This document shows positions 48,153 to 62,433 of a stretch of DNA of 64,000 nt, in pieces. The number at the start of each line of letters is the position of its first letter. Within the stretch, counting starts at the first letter, position 1. The position numbers and the translations under genes are program-made. Under the pieces are notes generated by a model that was not told the DNA's origin, searched no databases, and was given only the letters and a program-made list of their open reading frames with translations. The DNA is from Octopus sinensis (Eukaryota): positions 7,812,001 to 7,876,000 of the forward strand of contig NC_043004.1 of NCBI RefSeq assembly GCF_006345805.1. The letters are read 5' to 3'.

Positions 48153-48662
48153 TATCTTCTGTAAAAGCCTTGGGTCAACCAAAGCCTTGTGAGTTGATTT
48201 GGTTGAGAGAAATTGGAAGAAGCCTGTTGTGTGTGTGTGTGTCCTTGTTTTGACATTGTGTGACAGATGTAAATGAGTGTCACTGTTCATACAAGCAGTG
48301 TTGTTCACGTCCAATTTCCTGTTGAAAATGTCTGACCCTGGAGAAGTATTGCAGGGATTGGAAAATAGGTGAGGGTTGGTGACAGGAAGGGCATCCAGCT
48401 ATAGAAAAATCTGCCTTAAATGAACTCTGTCCAACCCATGCAAGCATAGGAAAGCGGATGTTAGAAGATGATGATGATGATGGAAGCCTAAAATTTAAAA
48501 AAGTACCTCAGAAAATATAAGAGGAATTGGCCACTTGTAATTGATTTAATTGATGTAGTGGCTTAGATCAGGTTAAGAATTATTTCTGTTATAAGAAGCT
48601 GAGAGGAGAATGTTGGTGTTGAGTCATTCATTCATCTGTTTCGTTTGTTTATATATTTCTAG

Positions 48663-48765
48663 GTTGGTTGATAACTTACCGTGTGCTACTAAATTTGAAA
48701 TGTTAGGGACTCGAGAAATACAATATGAACATGGATATAAGCTAGGTTTTGTCAAAAATAATGAG
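48663..48765 (+). CDS. TM9SF4: TM9SF4 exon 6 (LVDNLPCATK...YEHGYKLGFVKNNE)
   Basis: ctag/gtaagt; DNLP and EHGY.LG motifs. Confidence 0.94.
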
Positions 48766-51700
48766 GTAAGTAGAAAGTACACCTATTAAAAAGTCTTTTT
48801 TTTTACATTTTATGAACCAGTGTCTGAAATTTAAATATATTTTCAATACATTTATTTTGAAACAGTATCTGATATATTAATGCTTTTGTGTCTTGTTTAA
48901 TTTTATGATAAAAGTCCTCAAATTTTCTTATTTGCTACCCCTCCCCCATCAGATTTACTCTTGGGATGTTTTATGCCACCTTTTGTCTTCTTAGTCATGA
49001 TTGATCATTTGTTTTTTTATTCCATTACTGGTTTCAGTCATTGGACTATGGTCCTACTGATGCCCTCAATTCCTATATAGAGATGGTGACTAGAATGTCG
49101 AAGGGCATCCCCAAATAATATAAGGGGCTTTTGTTAAATGCCATGCTGATTCTACCACCCTTCACCTATATCCATCATCATCATCATATCATCCACTTCT
49201 TCATGCTTGCATGGGTCAGACAAAATTTGTTGAGACAGATTTTCTACTACTGGATGTGCTTCCTGTCACCAACCTTCATCTCTTTCCAATCAAGATAATA
49301 TTTCCCTGTGGCTGGGCATGTTTTTCATGAAACACTGGAAACGAACAACATCAAACATATGACAGTGATGCTTATTTACAACACCATCATGTGATGCCAA
49401 GACAGTTGTAAATATAAACACATACGTTTACAACAGGCTTCTTATAGTTTCCATCTGCCAAATCCACTTACATTTTGGTTGGCCTGGAGCTATAGTAAAA
49501 GACACTTGCCCAAGTTGCCACACACTGAGATGGAACCCAAGACCACATAGTTGGGAAGCAAGCTTCTTAACTACACAGCCATTGCCTCACTGGTCATGTG
49601 ATGTGTATGGATGAAAATAGCTGTGTAAAGAAGTGCTGATCTCTAACTGTGGCAGGAACCAGTGGAAGATGTAGACCCAGGAAGACATGGAACAAGGTGG
49701 TGAAGCATGATCTTTGAATGTTAGGCCTCACGGAAGCGATGACTAGTGACTGAGACCTTTGGCAATATGCTGTTCTTGAGAAGACATGCCAAGCCAAATG
49801 GAATCATAGTCGTAGCCAATGCTGGTATCCTGTCTCTGGCACTTGTGTCTGTGCCACATAAAAGCACCTTTGAGCGTTGGGCCTCATGAAGGCAATGTGG
49901 CTGATGCTGGTGTTGTATAAATAGCACCTGTGCTGGTGGCATGTAAAAAGCACTTTTCGAGTGTTGGGCCTCACGAAAGCAATGACAAATGACGGAGACC
50001 TTTGGCAATATACCATCTTTGAGAAGAAGACCCATCAAACCCAGTAAAATTGTAGTTGTGGAAGATACTGGCGCCATGCAACTGGTACCCATGCTGGTGG
50101 CACATAAAAGCACCCGCTACACTCTTGGAGTAGTTGGCATTAAGAAGGGCATCCAGCTGTAGAAACTCTGCCAGATCAAGATTGGAGCCTGGTGCAGCCC
50201 TTCAACTTACCAGCCCTGGTCAAGCTATCCAACCCATGCCAGCATGGACAACTGTCATTAGATGATGATGATGATGATGATATATATAGAGATTTATTTA
50301 TATCTCCAGCTTTTCAACAGATTTTGTCTTGCAAATTTCAGTTACAAAGGTTTCATCAAGACCTGTCCCTAAATCTTTTTCATTCTGTGATTTGCTTTTA
50401 GTCCCTTCTACTGATATTCTTAACAGATTCCATTAGTCTTGGAAGACTTTGTTCACAGACTAATTGAGATTCATTCCATCTGAGATAATCTTGTAGTTAT
50501 TTCGTTTTTATTATATCTTCTGGACCCTCATCATCATTTAATGTCCATTGTCCATGCTGGCACGGATTGGCCAGTTTGACCAGGCTGGCAAGCTGGAAGG
50601 CTGCACCAAACTCGTCTGATTTGGCATGGTTTTCTACAGCTGGATGCCCTTCCTAACACCAACCATTGTGAGTGTAATGAGTGCTTTTACATGCCACCGG
50701 CACAGGTGCCAAATATATTTGCTTATAATGTCTTGCCAAAGAATTGCACAGAGGCTACTAAATGATGTAAAATAAAACTCCTTGCCTGTTTTCATTTTCC
50801 TTACCCCATTATCATCATCATCATCATTTTCACGTTGACATAAGAAGGAGGGATCTACAGTCTGGCATCTCAGTGCTGTGTCTTCTCATCTGTCGTTAAT
50901 TCCAATTCTTCATTGATTAAAACCAATCACGTTATCGATGCATTCTTAGGATTATCTCAGCCTCACCTTATAAATATCATCTCATGCCATTTTTGCCTCC
51001 CAGTGTGTATTGTCTGTCTGTGTTATGCCTCATATACATAATATAGCTTAAGCTACATCTCAGAGATTAGCTTTTAAGACTGGATAGCAGAAATTATTCC
51101 CGTTCTGGTCAGCTCTGACAAAGCTCAAGTGAAACCCACTATAGAGTACTGCTTCCACATCTGGGATTAGTAGTACTCTATTTTGGTGCTACTATGACCA
51201 TAATTGTTGTTCACCTTTTTCAAAAATTAGGTATTCAACTGTTGTTACAGACATGTCACCTCCTCACATTGTCTTTAACTATTACAACTTCAGCTTGTCA
51301 AGGCTACCTTGTTTCATAGCATCTCCATTGAAGTGCTCTCAACATCTCTCTTTCATCAGCTACACTGTGGTGTCTCATCCCCCATGACCTCTCCACAAAC
51401 TCTCTACAGTTCCATTGTGAGCCAAGTTCTTCACAAATGACAGCTTACAAATATTAAAATTGAACATTGATTGTATCAATCTCACCAGTCTTTTAATGTC
51501 CGTTGTCCATATTGGCATGGGTTGGACGATTCGACCAGGGCTGATAAGCTGGGAGGCTGCACCAGACTCCATTTGATTTGGCATGGTTTTCTATGGCTGG
51601 ATGCCCTTCCTAACACCAACCACTCTGAGAGTGTAATGGGTGTTTTTATGTGCCGCTGGCATGGGTGCCATGCGAATGGCACCAGTATCTGCCACGACTA

Positions 51701-53126
51701 ATTTCGCTTGGCTTGATGGGTCTTCTTCTCAAGCATGACATGATGCCAAAGGTCTCAGTCATTGCCTCTGTGGGGCCCAACACTCGAAAGGTGCTTCAAA
51801 GATTTTAGTCATTGCCTCCGTGAGGCCCAACGCTTGAAAGGTGCTTCAAAGGTCTTAGTCATTGCCTCTGTGAAGCCCAACACTCGAAACAAGCTACTTC
51901 TTGTATATGCGTCTACTCAATCCATTTTACTAAGAAAAGCTGATATTTCTCAAATATTAGTAATGGAGCTTGTTTAGGTTTTAGGACTTTTAAGAGATTT
52001 AGTGATAATATCAGAATGCGAAGCAAGTGTTTAAAAAAATCAAAACTGAATGCAGTATTGTTTGAGTTATGGCATTATCATCATCATCATCATCGTTTAA
52101 CGTCAGCTTTCCATGTTAGCATGGGTTGGATGATTTTGACTGAGGGCTGGCGAACCAGACGGCTGCACCAGACTCCAATCTTGATCTGGCAGAGTTTCTA
52201 CAGCTGGATGCCTTTCCTAACGCCAACCACTCCGTTTTGTAGTGGGTGCTTTTTATGTGCCACCGGCACGGGGGCCAGTCAGGTGGTACTGGCAATGATC
52301 TTGCTCGAATCTTTTACACATGCCACCAGTACAGGTGCCAGTAAAGCGATGCTGGTAACGATCACGCTCGAATGGTGCCGTTTTATGTGCCACTGAAAGT
52401 AACTATTCAATTGGTGCAGATATAAAGCTGCTTAAGTTTGTAAAGGAATTGGAAGAAGTATTTCCAATGTCTTGAACAGAGTTTTTCTATGGAGAGAAGA
52501 ATAAGGATGGATTTGTCTTTGTTCCATGGGAATTATAGTCAAGGAAATGGCAGGAACTTAGTTATTGGGCGTGGATGGGAGGGAAGTAACTAGGGAGAGA
52601 AAAGTGGTGCGAGATAGAGATGGGGAGAGGTGGGAGGAGAAGATAAGGTGGGAGGTGGAGGATGAAAAAAAGTGAGCAAAATGAGGAAGAGAGCTGAAGA
52701 GGATTGGTAATTTTAAGGCAAGGAAGATATTAAAAAAAAATTTTGTTGGTTATCTCTGCAACAGAGGCAAGAAGTTTGTCAATATCATTCTTCACATGGA
52801 ATCAGGATGCTGGCAAATTGTTCACACATAAATTACTCTTAAGAGTTTGTTTCTTCTTTATTGTGTTGTATCAAGGTATAGGGTTTGTCAATGAGTTCAA
52901 AGTCGTTTGCTTTCCTTTCATCTTTTCTTTCAGAGAAAAAGAAGAAAAAAACCCATATTAGGCTTACCAGACTTGTTTTACAAAATATTCATAATACAGA
53001 CTGCTTGTGTACCTCTTCTAAATATTTTGCATGGTGTTTAGATATAATGCTTTGATTGGGCTTTCTGCACCATACAAGGAAGGAATTTTTACCTACTATT
53101 TATACGATGTTTTTCTTTTTCTACAG

Positions 53127-53179
53127 GCTTTCATCAACAATCATCTTAAAATCATCTTGAAATATCATACCGAAGACGA
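53127..53179 (+). CDS. TM9SF4: TM9SF4 exon 7 (AFINNHLKIILKYHTED+GA)
   Basis: acag/gtaagt; NHL..IL.YH motif. Confidence 0.93.
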
Positions 53180-55744
53180 GTAAGTTATTTTAGTTGGTTT
53201 AAGAATGGTTTTTATTCCTGTCTTTGAGTTTGTCCGAAATATTTATCTTAACAAGTCTCATTTTAAATGAGACAAATGACAAGTCTTCATCCTATGAATG
53301 TAGAAATTATTACAACAGGTCTGAGCAATAACTGGATAACAGAAAATTGTGACTGGACATGATAAATATCATCTTTGTAACTTCTTTTTGAAGGTTTAAA
53401 TATATTCTTGTTTGAATCAGTTTTAATTTTTAGTGACTTTTTCCTTTTCTTGTGATTGAGATTTTATTTTGTTACGGTTATTTCTACAGATATTCTGTAG
53501 AAATTATAACCAGCACTGATTTTTTGCTACAACATTTCGTATCAAGATGTCAGATGTATCACAGACAATGTGATTCATCATCATCATCATTTAACGTCCA
53601 TTTTCCATGCTAGCATGGGTTGGATGGTTCAACCGAGTTCTGGTAAGCCATGGAGGCTGCACCAGGCTCTAGTCTGATTTGGCACTGTTTCTACAGTTGG
53701 ATGCCCTTCCTAATGCCAACCACTCCGTTTTGTAGTGGGTGTTTATTACGTGCCACCGGAACAGGGGCCAGGGCAGGCTGGCAAACGGCCACGATTGGTT
53801 GGTGCTTTTACGTGTCACAGACACGGACGCCAGACAGGTGGCGCTGGCATCTGGACAGACAAAAATAGGTAATGCGTGTATATGCTATATTTTGGTGGGG
53901 GTTTTTGTCCCTTCATCAGCACTCATCCATTCCTGCCTCCAAGCACATTGTTTATATAGCCACCACATACAATGGTGTTGAGTTATTGGATATACCAATT
54001 TACATAATGAAATGCCATGTATCTACAAATGTTTAGTAATTAAGAGAGAAAGAGAGAGAGAGAGAGAGCGTGCATGTGTGAATGTGTGTAAGCTCATTTG
54101 TGTATTTGTATTAGTTTGACAGCAATAGTTGTTAGCAGTGATAATTCAGTGGAATAAAGAAATTAAATAGTTAGATGCTAATAACAAACCAGAAACCAGC
54201 ATTCGTTCCACAATTAGCAAATGTTTTAAGCATATGTATGTGTGTGTATGTATGTACACACACACACACATACATACATACAGGCATACCTCACCCTATG
54301 TCGTTAATTGGTCCCAGGAGACACCACTTAAGTTGTTTTTCGACTTAAGTCTAGGCTAGGCCAGGCTGAATTTACATGTTTCTATGCTAGGCCAATAATA
54401 ACCATTCCTAGTTCTCTACACTATATCATCCTCCTCATCATCATCGTTTAATGTCCGCCTTCCATGCTAGCATGGGTTGGACGATTTTGACTGAGGGCTG
54501 GCGAACCAGACGGCCACACCAGGCTCCAATCTTGATCTGGCGGAGTTTCTACAGCTGGATGACCTTCCTAACGCCAACCACTCCGAGAGTGTAGTGGGTG
54601 CTTTTTATGTGCCACCAGCACAGGGCCAGTCAGGCGGTACTGGCAATGACCTCGCTTGAATCTTTTTACACATGCCACCGGCAGAGGTGCCAGTAAGGCG
54701 ATGTTGGTAACGATCACACTCGAATGGTGCCCTTTTATGTGCCACCGGCATGGAGCCAGTTGGCTGCTCTGGCAGCTATCACGCTCGGATGGTGCCCTTG
54801 GCACCTATACTAGCCTGGGCACAAGTGGCAGTAAGGCGACACTGGTAATGATCACATTCGAATGGTGCCCTTTTATGTGCCACTGACACGGAAACTGGTT
54901 AGCTGCTCTGTCAACGGTCACCCTGGTATGGTGCTCTTTTGGTGCTCTTTGCACCCTGCTAGCACGGATGCCAGCATTTTCAATAATATATGGTTAATAA
55001 AAACTCTGTGTTCTAAAATCTTGTCCTTACTATGTACAATCGTTGATACAGTTGTCCGACTCATCCCAAAATATCATGCAATTACTACGACTTCTTAACC
55101 TTTTCCATGGCGTTTTATCATAGCCAGTTTATCTTCCAGTGTGACGCTTAGCACTTTCATTATGAATTTTCTTAGGAGCCAGGGAATCAAAAAATAAAGT
55201 CACAAATGAATGAGAAAGTAGCTGATAAACAGGAGTAAACAAATCTGAATTCAAAACAATCATGGGAATCACAGTGATGGCTAACGGTAGATATTGGAAC
55301 TACAGTGCAATATGAGCTCTGAAAGACCAATAAATAAGGCAACACAGCTGATTTAATGATTTCATTTACTAAGCTACATTACTTTATGGTGTGTATCTTA
55401 ACATTTACTGTACATATTTTAATATGATTTTATATGCTTTTATTCTTATTTATTGTACAGTAACAAGATTTTATGTGCTTTTAATGGTTTTCTAGGGATT
55501 TTACAACTCCAATATTTGTGGCAAACAGGCATAAAGTCGAGTAAAATGACTTAACTTCATTTTTATCTTTCCATACATTATTTTTGAAAACCGATGTATA
55601 ATAAAAAATGACTTAAATTGAAACAACTTAAGCCATGGTATACCTGTATATATATGTGTGTGTGTTTGTGTGTGTGTTCTCATAAAAAAAAAAAAGAAAT
55701 GTATTTTCTAACATTCATCCCTCAATTCTCCTATTGTTTATCAG

Positions 55745-55786
55745 GTCCAAATACCGAGTGGTTGGTTTTGAAGTGGAAGCTCAAAG
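55745..55786 (+). CDS. TM9SF4: TM9SF4 exon 8 (SKYRVVGFEVEAQ+AG)
   Basis: tcag/gtaaat; YRVVGFEV motif. Confidence 0.93.
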
Positions 55787-57119
55787 GTAAATTTATTTCT
55801 CATTCTTTGAAGTTTCTTGGTCTAAATGCATCCCGATTAAAGCACAATAATTTAACTTTATAAGCTCAGAAAGAGGTTTCCTTCAATCTTTCAATTAGAA
55901 TGAAAATAATGCAGGCTCTATCATAGTTCTGTGGGAAGATATTTGACTGTGTGGCACCTTGGGCAAGAGTCTTCTGCTATAGCCTCGGACTGACCAAATC
56001 CTTGCGAGTGGGTCTGGCAGTTAAAAACTGATGATGCTAATGATATGATTTCTCTCTTTGGCAGCTAAAGTTTCTGAGAGGAATGTTGTCAAATTCTTGT
56101 ATAAAAAAATGTCTTACTTTTCACCTGTGGGTGTGGGGATTGTGGTGGCTGTACTTGTGCCTTAAATCTTTTAGATTTGTACAAATGTAAGAAGTAAGAA
56201 ATTGTGGTGGATTGGTAGAATCTTTCAAGTGGTTTTTGTTCTGGTTTTATATGTTCACAGTTCAAATCTTGGTGAGGTCAATGTTTGCCTTTTGTCCTTA
56301 TAGGGATCATCATCACCATTTAATGTCCATTTTCCATGCTTCATAGGAGCTGGCAAGGCCAGGGTTGACACTGGGTCCAAAGTCTGTTTTGACTTGGGTT
56401 CTATGGCTGGATGTCCTTTCTTATGCCAACCACTTTACAGAATGTTCTGGGTGCTATTTACAAGGAACCAGCACCAGTATATTTTATGTGGCACCATGGT
56501 TTTGAGGAATTTCAACCGTGTTTTGTGGTCTGCTCATTTATAGGATCCAGTTAACTCAAGACATCATCAGGAGGAACCACGTCCAGTTTCGGCCCCTACT
56601 CCTCTACCGTTTTGATGTGGTGCCCCCCTCCTGGAGGTTTCTTCAGCTCTGGTGTTGGGTGCATGTCTTCTTTCTTCTGTTCCCTGGCCTCTTTGATGTA
56701 GCGTCAACAAGTGTCAGCGAGCGACTGACTGCTTTGTGAAGCCAGATTTTCGAGCTTTTGTTCATCGTCGCCTTTGAATTTGGTGGTCATTCTTGCTACC
56801 TTGTTGTAAAATTTTTTATAACTCGCTGCATCATTTGCTTTCGGCCCCTTTGTCCTCTTCACGCATGTCACTCTTTTGGACTGTCTCAATTCAACAGTGG
56901 TGGCCACGTTTTCTTGCGTACAGCAGTTCACCACGTTTTCTGATCCTTTGCCATCTCCTTCATAAGGGCTTCATAAAAATAAATTAGCTGTCAGTGTTCT
57001 CAAGTGACCCCATCCCTTCAGAATTGCTGACTTTGTTCCTAAATTAAGAAATAATTATTTGCAAACAAATTGTTGTTGTTCATTTGAAAATTAATTCTCT
57101 CACTTTTGTTATTGTTTAG

Positions 57120-57205
57120 CATTGATTTCTCCGAACTTACAGTCCAAGCTAAAAAATGCACTGTCAAAAATAAAGAACCAAAACCACAAAAAATAAACGA
57201 GAAAG
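57120..57205 (+). CDS. TM9SF4: TM9SF4 exon 9 (IDFSELTVQAKKCTVKNKEPKPQKINEK+G)
   Basis: tttag/gtaaat; phases bridge exons 8 and 10 exactly; conserved Cys; sequence otherwise divergent. Confidence 0.85.
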
Positions 57206-58109
57206 GTAAATATTTTGCAACTTTGGAATATTTTCTTCAGCATTCTTTGTTGTTTTTGTTTTGCTTTTCTTGTTTTCTTCAAAATTTATTTTTCAAATTT
57301 TAGATTTATTAGGCACAAATGTGGTTGTGTGGAAGAGAAGTTTGATTCCTGACTGCATAGTTTTGGGTTCAGTCCCATTGCATGGTACCTTGAGCAGGTG
57401 TCTTCTACTGTTGTTCCAGGTTGGCTAATGCCTTGTGAGTTGATCTGGTAGATGGAAACTGAAAGAAGCCTGTTGTGTGCGTGTGTGTGTGAGACATTAA
57501 AATTCCATCCACCCTATATCAGCATGGAAAATGGTTGTTAAATGATCACACACACACACACACACACACACATGTGTGTGTGTGTCAGAGAGAGAGAGAG
57601 TGAGTGTATGTGTGTGTGTGTCAGAGACAGAGAGTGAGTGTGTGTGTGTGTATGCTGATGCCTCGTCTTGACATTCCATGCTCATAGTAAACGAGTGCCA
57701 CTGTCGTACAAGCAGTGTCACTCATTTCCAACATTCTGCAAGAACATGTCAGACCATAGGGAAATATTGTCTTGCTTGGAATCAGGTGAGGGTTATCAAC
57801 AGGAAGGGCCCCTGGCTGTTGAAAATAAACTCAGTCTGACCCTTGCTAGCATAGAAAAATGGACATTAAAGCAATGATGATGATTATAGATTATTAGATT
57901 GTTTTTATCAGATAATACTCTTGTAAACATCAGAAATTCTGTGGCTGGGGTGATTTTTTTTTTAAATAAAGAGATTTTATTATATATTGCAGGAAAATGT
58001 TTTTAGCTTTTTCCAAGATTTTGATTTCTATAAGATAGTCCAGAATCGTAAACATTGAACCGTTATATGATGTCAGTTCTTTTCTTGAACTTCTGGATAT
58101 ACATATACA

Positions 58110-58467
58110 TCTATAATATGAATTGGACATGGGTGTTCTTTTGTATTCTTTCTTGTCTTGAGGTTCACAGCCAAACGGCTGGGTGGATTCAAGTGAAAAA
58201 TAGCACACATGTGGAGACGGGGGCATAGATTAGAATCATCATCATCATCATTTAGCGTCCGCTTTCTATGCTAGCATGGGTTGGATGGTTCAACTGGGTC
58301 TGGGAAGCCAGAAGGCTGCACCAGGCCCAGTCTGATCTGGCAATGTTTCTACGGCTGGATGCCCTTCCTAATGCCGGTATGCAGTTTGTATTTTTTTTTT
58401 CCTAAACCGAAAATTATCACAGCCACATCATCCAAACAGACCGGGTGAAACTGGGCTTGGCTGGTAG
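58110..58467 (+). mobile_element. Helitron-like element with nested RTE tail insertion (58237-58378) and internal deletion
   Basis: Colinear with 60551-60916; 5' A|TCTATAAT; 3' CCGGG..hairpin then GTAG|T. Confidence 0.75.
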
Positions 58468-58739
58468 TACATATATATATATATATATATATTTATTGTC
58501 CACAGGGGACTAAATATAATATAGAGGGGACAAACAAGGATAGACAAAGGGGTTAAGTCGATTACATCGACCCCAGTGTGTAACTGGTACTTATTTAATT
58601 GACCCCGAAAGGATGAAAGGCCAATTCGAACTTGGCGGAGTTTGAACTCAGAACGTAACGGCAGATAAAATATCGTTAAGCATTTTGCCTGGTGTGCTAA
58701 CGTTTCTGCCAGCTCGCTGCCCTACAGATATATATATAT

Positions 58740-58895
58740 ATATGAATTTTTTGTGTAATAAGATAAAAAAAACAAGGCTGTATAGATATTAGAGAATTTA
58801 TAGATTTTAGTTGTAAGACCTTCTATCTATAAATGGTCTAATATCTATACAGCCTTGGTTTTTTTTTATCTTATTACACAAAAAAATTCTTATAT
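58740..58895. repeat. AT-rich foldback
   Basis: GAATTTTTTGTGTAATAAGATAAAAAAA..CAAGGCTGTATAGATATTAGA and its reverse complement. Confidence 0.8.
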
Positions 58896-60173
58896 ACACG
58901 CTGACATAGAACCAACATTGAACATTTTATTTACAAAATTACCGAATCTGGAACTTAACTATGGTCTGTCTATAGCACTTATTCAGCATTACCTGACACC
59001 TTTGGGTCTCAGTGACACCAGAGGCAGGTGAATTGAGCAGATTTTGGTGAGGGTGTTGATAGCTTATTGTTTTAGAGGAGTTTAGAGAACTGTTGTTGTA
59101 ATGGTAGGTGGGAGAGAAGCACAGAAGATACAGCATTATGATCATCATCTACATTTTCATGCTTGTATGAGCCATATAGGGTTTATTGAGGCAGACATGT
59201 TTCTCACAAAATCACTGCCATCTCTACATACAGGTTTCTCCTTTCCAGGTGCAGGTGCCACATGAAATGCACTCGTGCCAGTGCTGTGTAAATGCATCCA
59301 TGCTGGTGGCACATAAATAGTACCCAGCACACTCTCTAAAGTGGTTGGAACGGCATCCGATTGTAGAAACCATGCCACAACAGACACTAAGAGTCTGGAC
59401 AGCTCCCTGGCTGGCCAGCTTCTCTCAAACTGTCCAGCCCATGCCAGTATGGAAAACGGACGTTTGATGATAATTGGAAATGAAAGATATTACAACAATG
59501 TGATGTGAGGACAGCCTGTTGGAAGGATAATGGTTTTAGTGTGTTGGGGAGTGAAAGTTTGCTAACCAATTTGGATGTGCTATAAAATGCTTGTGTGTGG
59601 ATGTGTGTCTCATGGCTGCCTTACCTCAGGTTTGTAAGCAGTATTATGTGGGATTCACTTGTCCCTTATTGGGGTCCATTCATCCAATGCTGAATTATTT
59701 ACTGGTTTAAAGAAGGACATAGCCTTTCAGATGAACTTTTGGCTTATCATTGCTATATGGTTGCCATAAAAAGTCTTCAGAAATTAAGGTTAGGTTTAGC
59801 ATTCATGAATTGTGAATGTTTTAGTGTTGTCACTGAAGAAGACAGCTGCCGTGTGTTGTGGTGGTGACTATTTTGTCATGGTTGGTATTATTGGGGTATG
59901 TTTTTATGGTCTCTGTTCATGGAAGTAATGCATGCTGGGAAGATTTGTCTAGCTTGTGAGTGGGTGAATGACTGTTGGAAAGATTATTGAGGACTGAAGC
60001 ATGTAACTAGATCCTTTAAGACAGGTGAGTAGGTGCCATAAGACATATAGCTGGATGCTTTAAAGCCAGGTGAGTGGGTGCCATAAGACATGTAGCTGGA
60101 TGCTTTAAAGTATTCTATTCTGTGGTCTACCATTTTGTTATTCTACTAAAATGAATTTATTTTTTCTTCTTAG

Positions 60174-60326
60174 GAGAAACAAAAGTGATTTTCTCATACT
60201 CTGTGGATTGGCAGAGCAGCCATATCCAGTGGGCTTCCAGATGGGACACGTATTTGGCCATGAGTGATGTACAGATCCATTGGTTTTCTATCATAAATTC
60301 AGTTGTTGTTGTCTTCTTCTTATCAG
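60174..60326 (+). CDS. TM9SF4: TM9SF4 exon 10 (FSYSVDW...[32 protein letters not shown]+G)
   Basis: ttag/gtaagc; near-identical to the TM9SF4 WASRWD/IHWFSI motifs and first TM helix. Confidence 0.97.
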
Positions 60327-60550
60327 GTAAGCACATAACAATTATTCAACACTCAAATAATCCGTTGAGTATTTTAATAAAACCAGTGATTATTGCCATC
60401 TTACTTTCAGCTGCAAAGCATGCAAATAACCCAATGGTTTGTGTTGAAACTGTCCTAAAGGTTGTTTCGCATCATGTTAGTCATTCTCATCTCCTACATT
60501 GACTTGTTTAAATCTAAGAAATTAAGACTCTTTACTTTCTTGCTACTAAA

Positions 60551-60916
60551 TCTATAATATAAATTGGACATAGGCGATTGTTATATTCTTTCTTGTCTTG
60601 AGGTTCACAGCCAAACGACTGGGTGGATTTGCATGAAAAATGGCACACATGTGGAGACGGGTCCATTGATTGGAATGCAGTTTGTATTTTTTTCATAACC
60701 CCCATACTTACTGAAAAATTGATTAAAACTTTTTCTAATAGAATTTCCCTCTTCTGCCATTAAAACAACCAGTTGCCTAGAAGCTGTTTTCTGACGGGGT
60801 GGGGTCAGGAAATTTTCAATGATAAGGTTGACATGCTGTTATAGATTATGCCTGACCGAAAATGATCACAGCCACATCATCCAAACAGACCGGGTAAAAC
60901 CGGGCTTAGCTGCTAG
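60551..60916 (+). mobile_element. Helitron-like element
   Basis: A|TC start, CTAG|T end, subterminal CCGGGTAAAACCGGG. Confidence 0.75.
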
Positions 60917-61012
60917 TATCCTCTAAGTTTGGCATAGATCAGATTTAATTTTCATCAAATACTTTATTGGTCACAACAACATATGCTTCCTTCCCCGTGT
61001 CTGTAAATTAAT

Positions 61013-61240
61013 TTAACCCTTTAGCATTCAAACTGGCCATATCAGGCCAAAATATTTCACTTGTTTTACATTCAAACTGGCCAGGTCTGGTCTCTCACAC
61101 CTACCCCACAATGTCATTCTAAAAATAAACAATCACATTGTCGAAATCACTAAATTACAATATAATGCATGATTAATTCAAAACGATATAAACAAACAAA
61201 CATTACATTTGACAGATTAATCTGAATACTAAAGGGCAAA
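61013..61240. mobile_element. piggyBac-type MITE
   Basis: TTAA|CCCTTTAGCATTCA ... TGAATACTAAAGGG terminal inverted repeats. Confidence 0.75.
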
Positions 61241-62362
61241 TCATAGTGTTATATAGTTATGTTTCATATTTAATGTATATACACCATTGTTAGGCTTGTT
61301 ACTGCTGTATTTGTCCTGAGATAACATCACTTATGGGATGTGCTGCATTAAAAATACAATAGTGTTATATATAATTTTGACTGCAGATGTTGGTATTATG
61401 CTGTCATAAGCAAATATTATATAAAGATTTTGCTTTTCCTAGTTTATATCCATTTTCCATAACTTAGCATATAAGTGAAATCAAAATGGCTGACGTGGTC
61501 GATGACAGTACCACCTGATTGGCACTCATGCCAGTGGAATGTTAAAAGCAACATCTGAGTGTGATCGTTGCCAGGGCCACTGACTGGCTCCCATGCTGGT
61601 GGGACGTAAAAGACACCATTCGAGTGTGATCATTGCCAGCATTGCCTGACTGGCACACGTGCTGGTAGCTTGTGAAAAACAACATTTGAGCGTGGTCATT
61701 GCCAATGCTGCTGGACTGGCTCCCGTGCAAGTGGCACGTAAAAAACACCTTTTGAGCATGGTCATGCCAGTGCCGCCTGACTGGCCCACGTGCTGTTGGC
61801 ATGTAAAAGCATCCTCTACACTCTCGGAGTGGTTGGCATTAGGAAAGGCATCCAGCTGTAGAAACTTTACCGGATCAGATTGGAGCCTGGTGCAGCCTTC
61901 TGGCTTCCCAGACCCCAGTTGAACTGTCCAACCCATGCCAGCATGGAAAGCAGACATTAAACGATGATGATGTTGATATATAATTAGGATAATTTTCTGT
62001 ATTGGAACAGTTGTTTTTCAACTGAACTCTAATCCCACCATTAACAACTCCTCTGATCAGGACCTCCTTTATTTTGCTTGTCATGGGAAATGGTCCAAGC
62101 AGTTAAGTGCCTTGCTCAAGGGTGCAAAATACAATGGTTCTACTAAGATTTGAACCTGTCATCATATGGTCAGAACTTCTTGCTATTGTTCTATTTTTTC
62201 ATATTAAAAGAAAAAAAATTCTTTGTTTATTTTTAGAAGTATTTAATTTCTTTTCTGAGCATTGAAGTAACTTCTTCATAAAATATGCCAAGTTCCTGCC
62301 AGGAACCCTTTTTAAAATTTTTTTTTGCATTTTTACGTCTTTTTTTTTTTTTTTTGCAATAG

Positions 62363-62433
62363 GAATTCTCACAATGATTATGGTTCGTTCATTGCGCCGA
62401 GACATTGCAAGATATAACAAAGATGAAGACATC
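62363..62433 (+). CDS. TM9SF4: TM9SF4 exon 11 (GILTMIMVRSLRRDIARYNKDEDI); gene continues beyond the window
   Basis: atag/gtaaga; conserved LRRDIA.YN motif. Exons 1-11 sum to 912 nt = 304 codons in frame. Confidence 0.96.
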
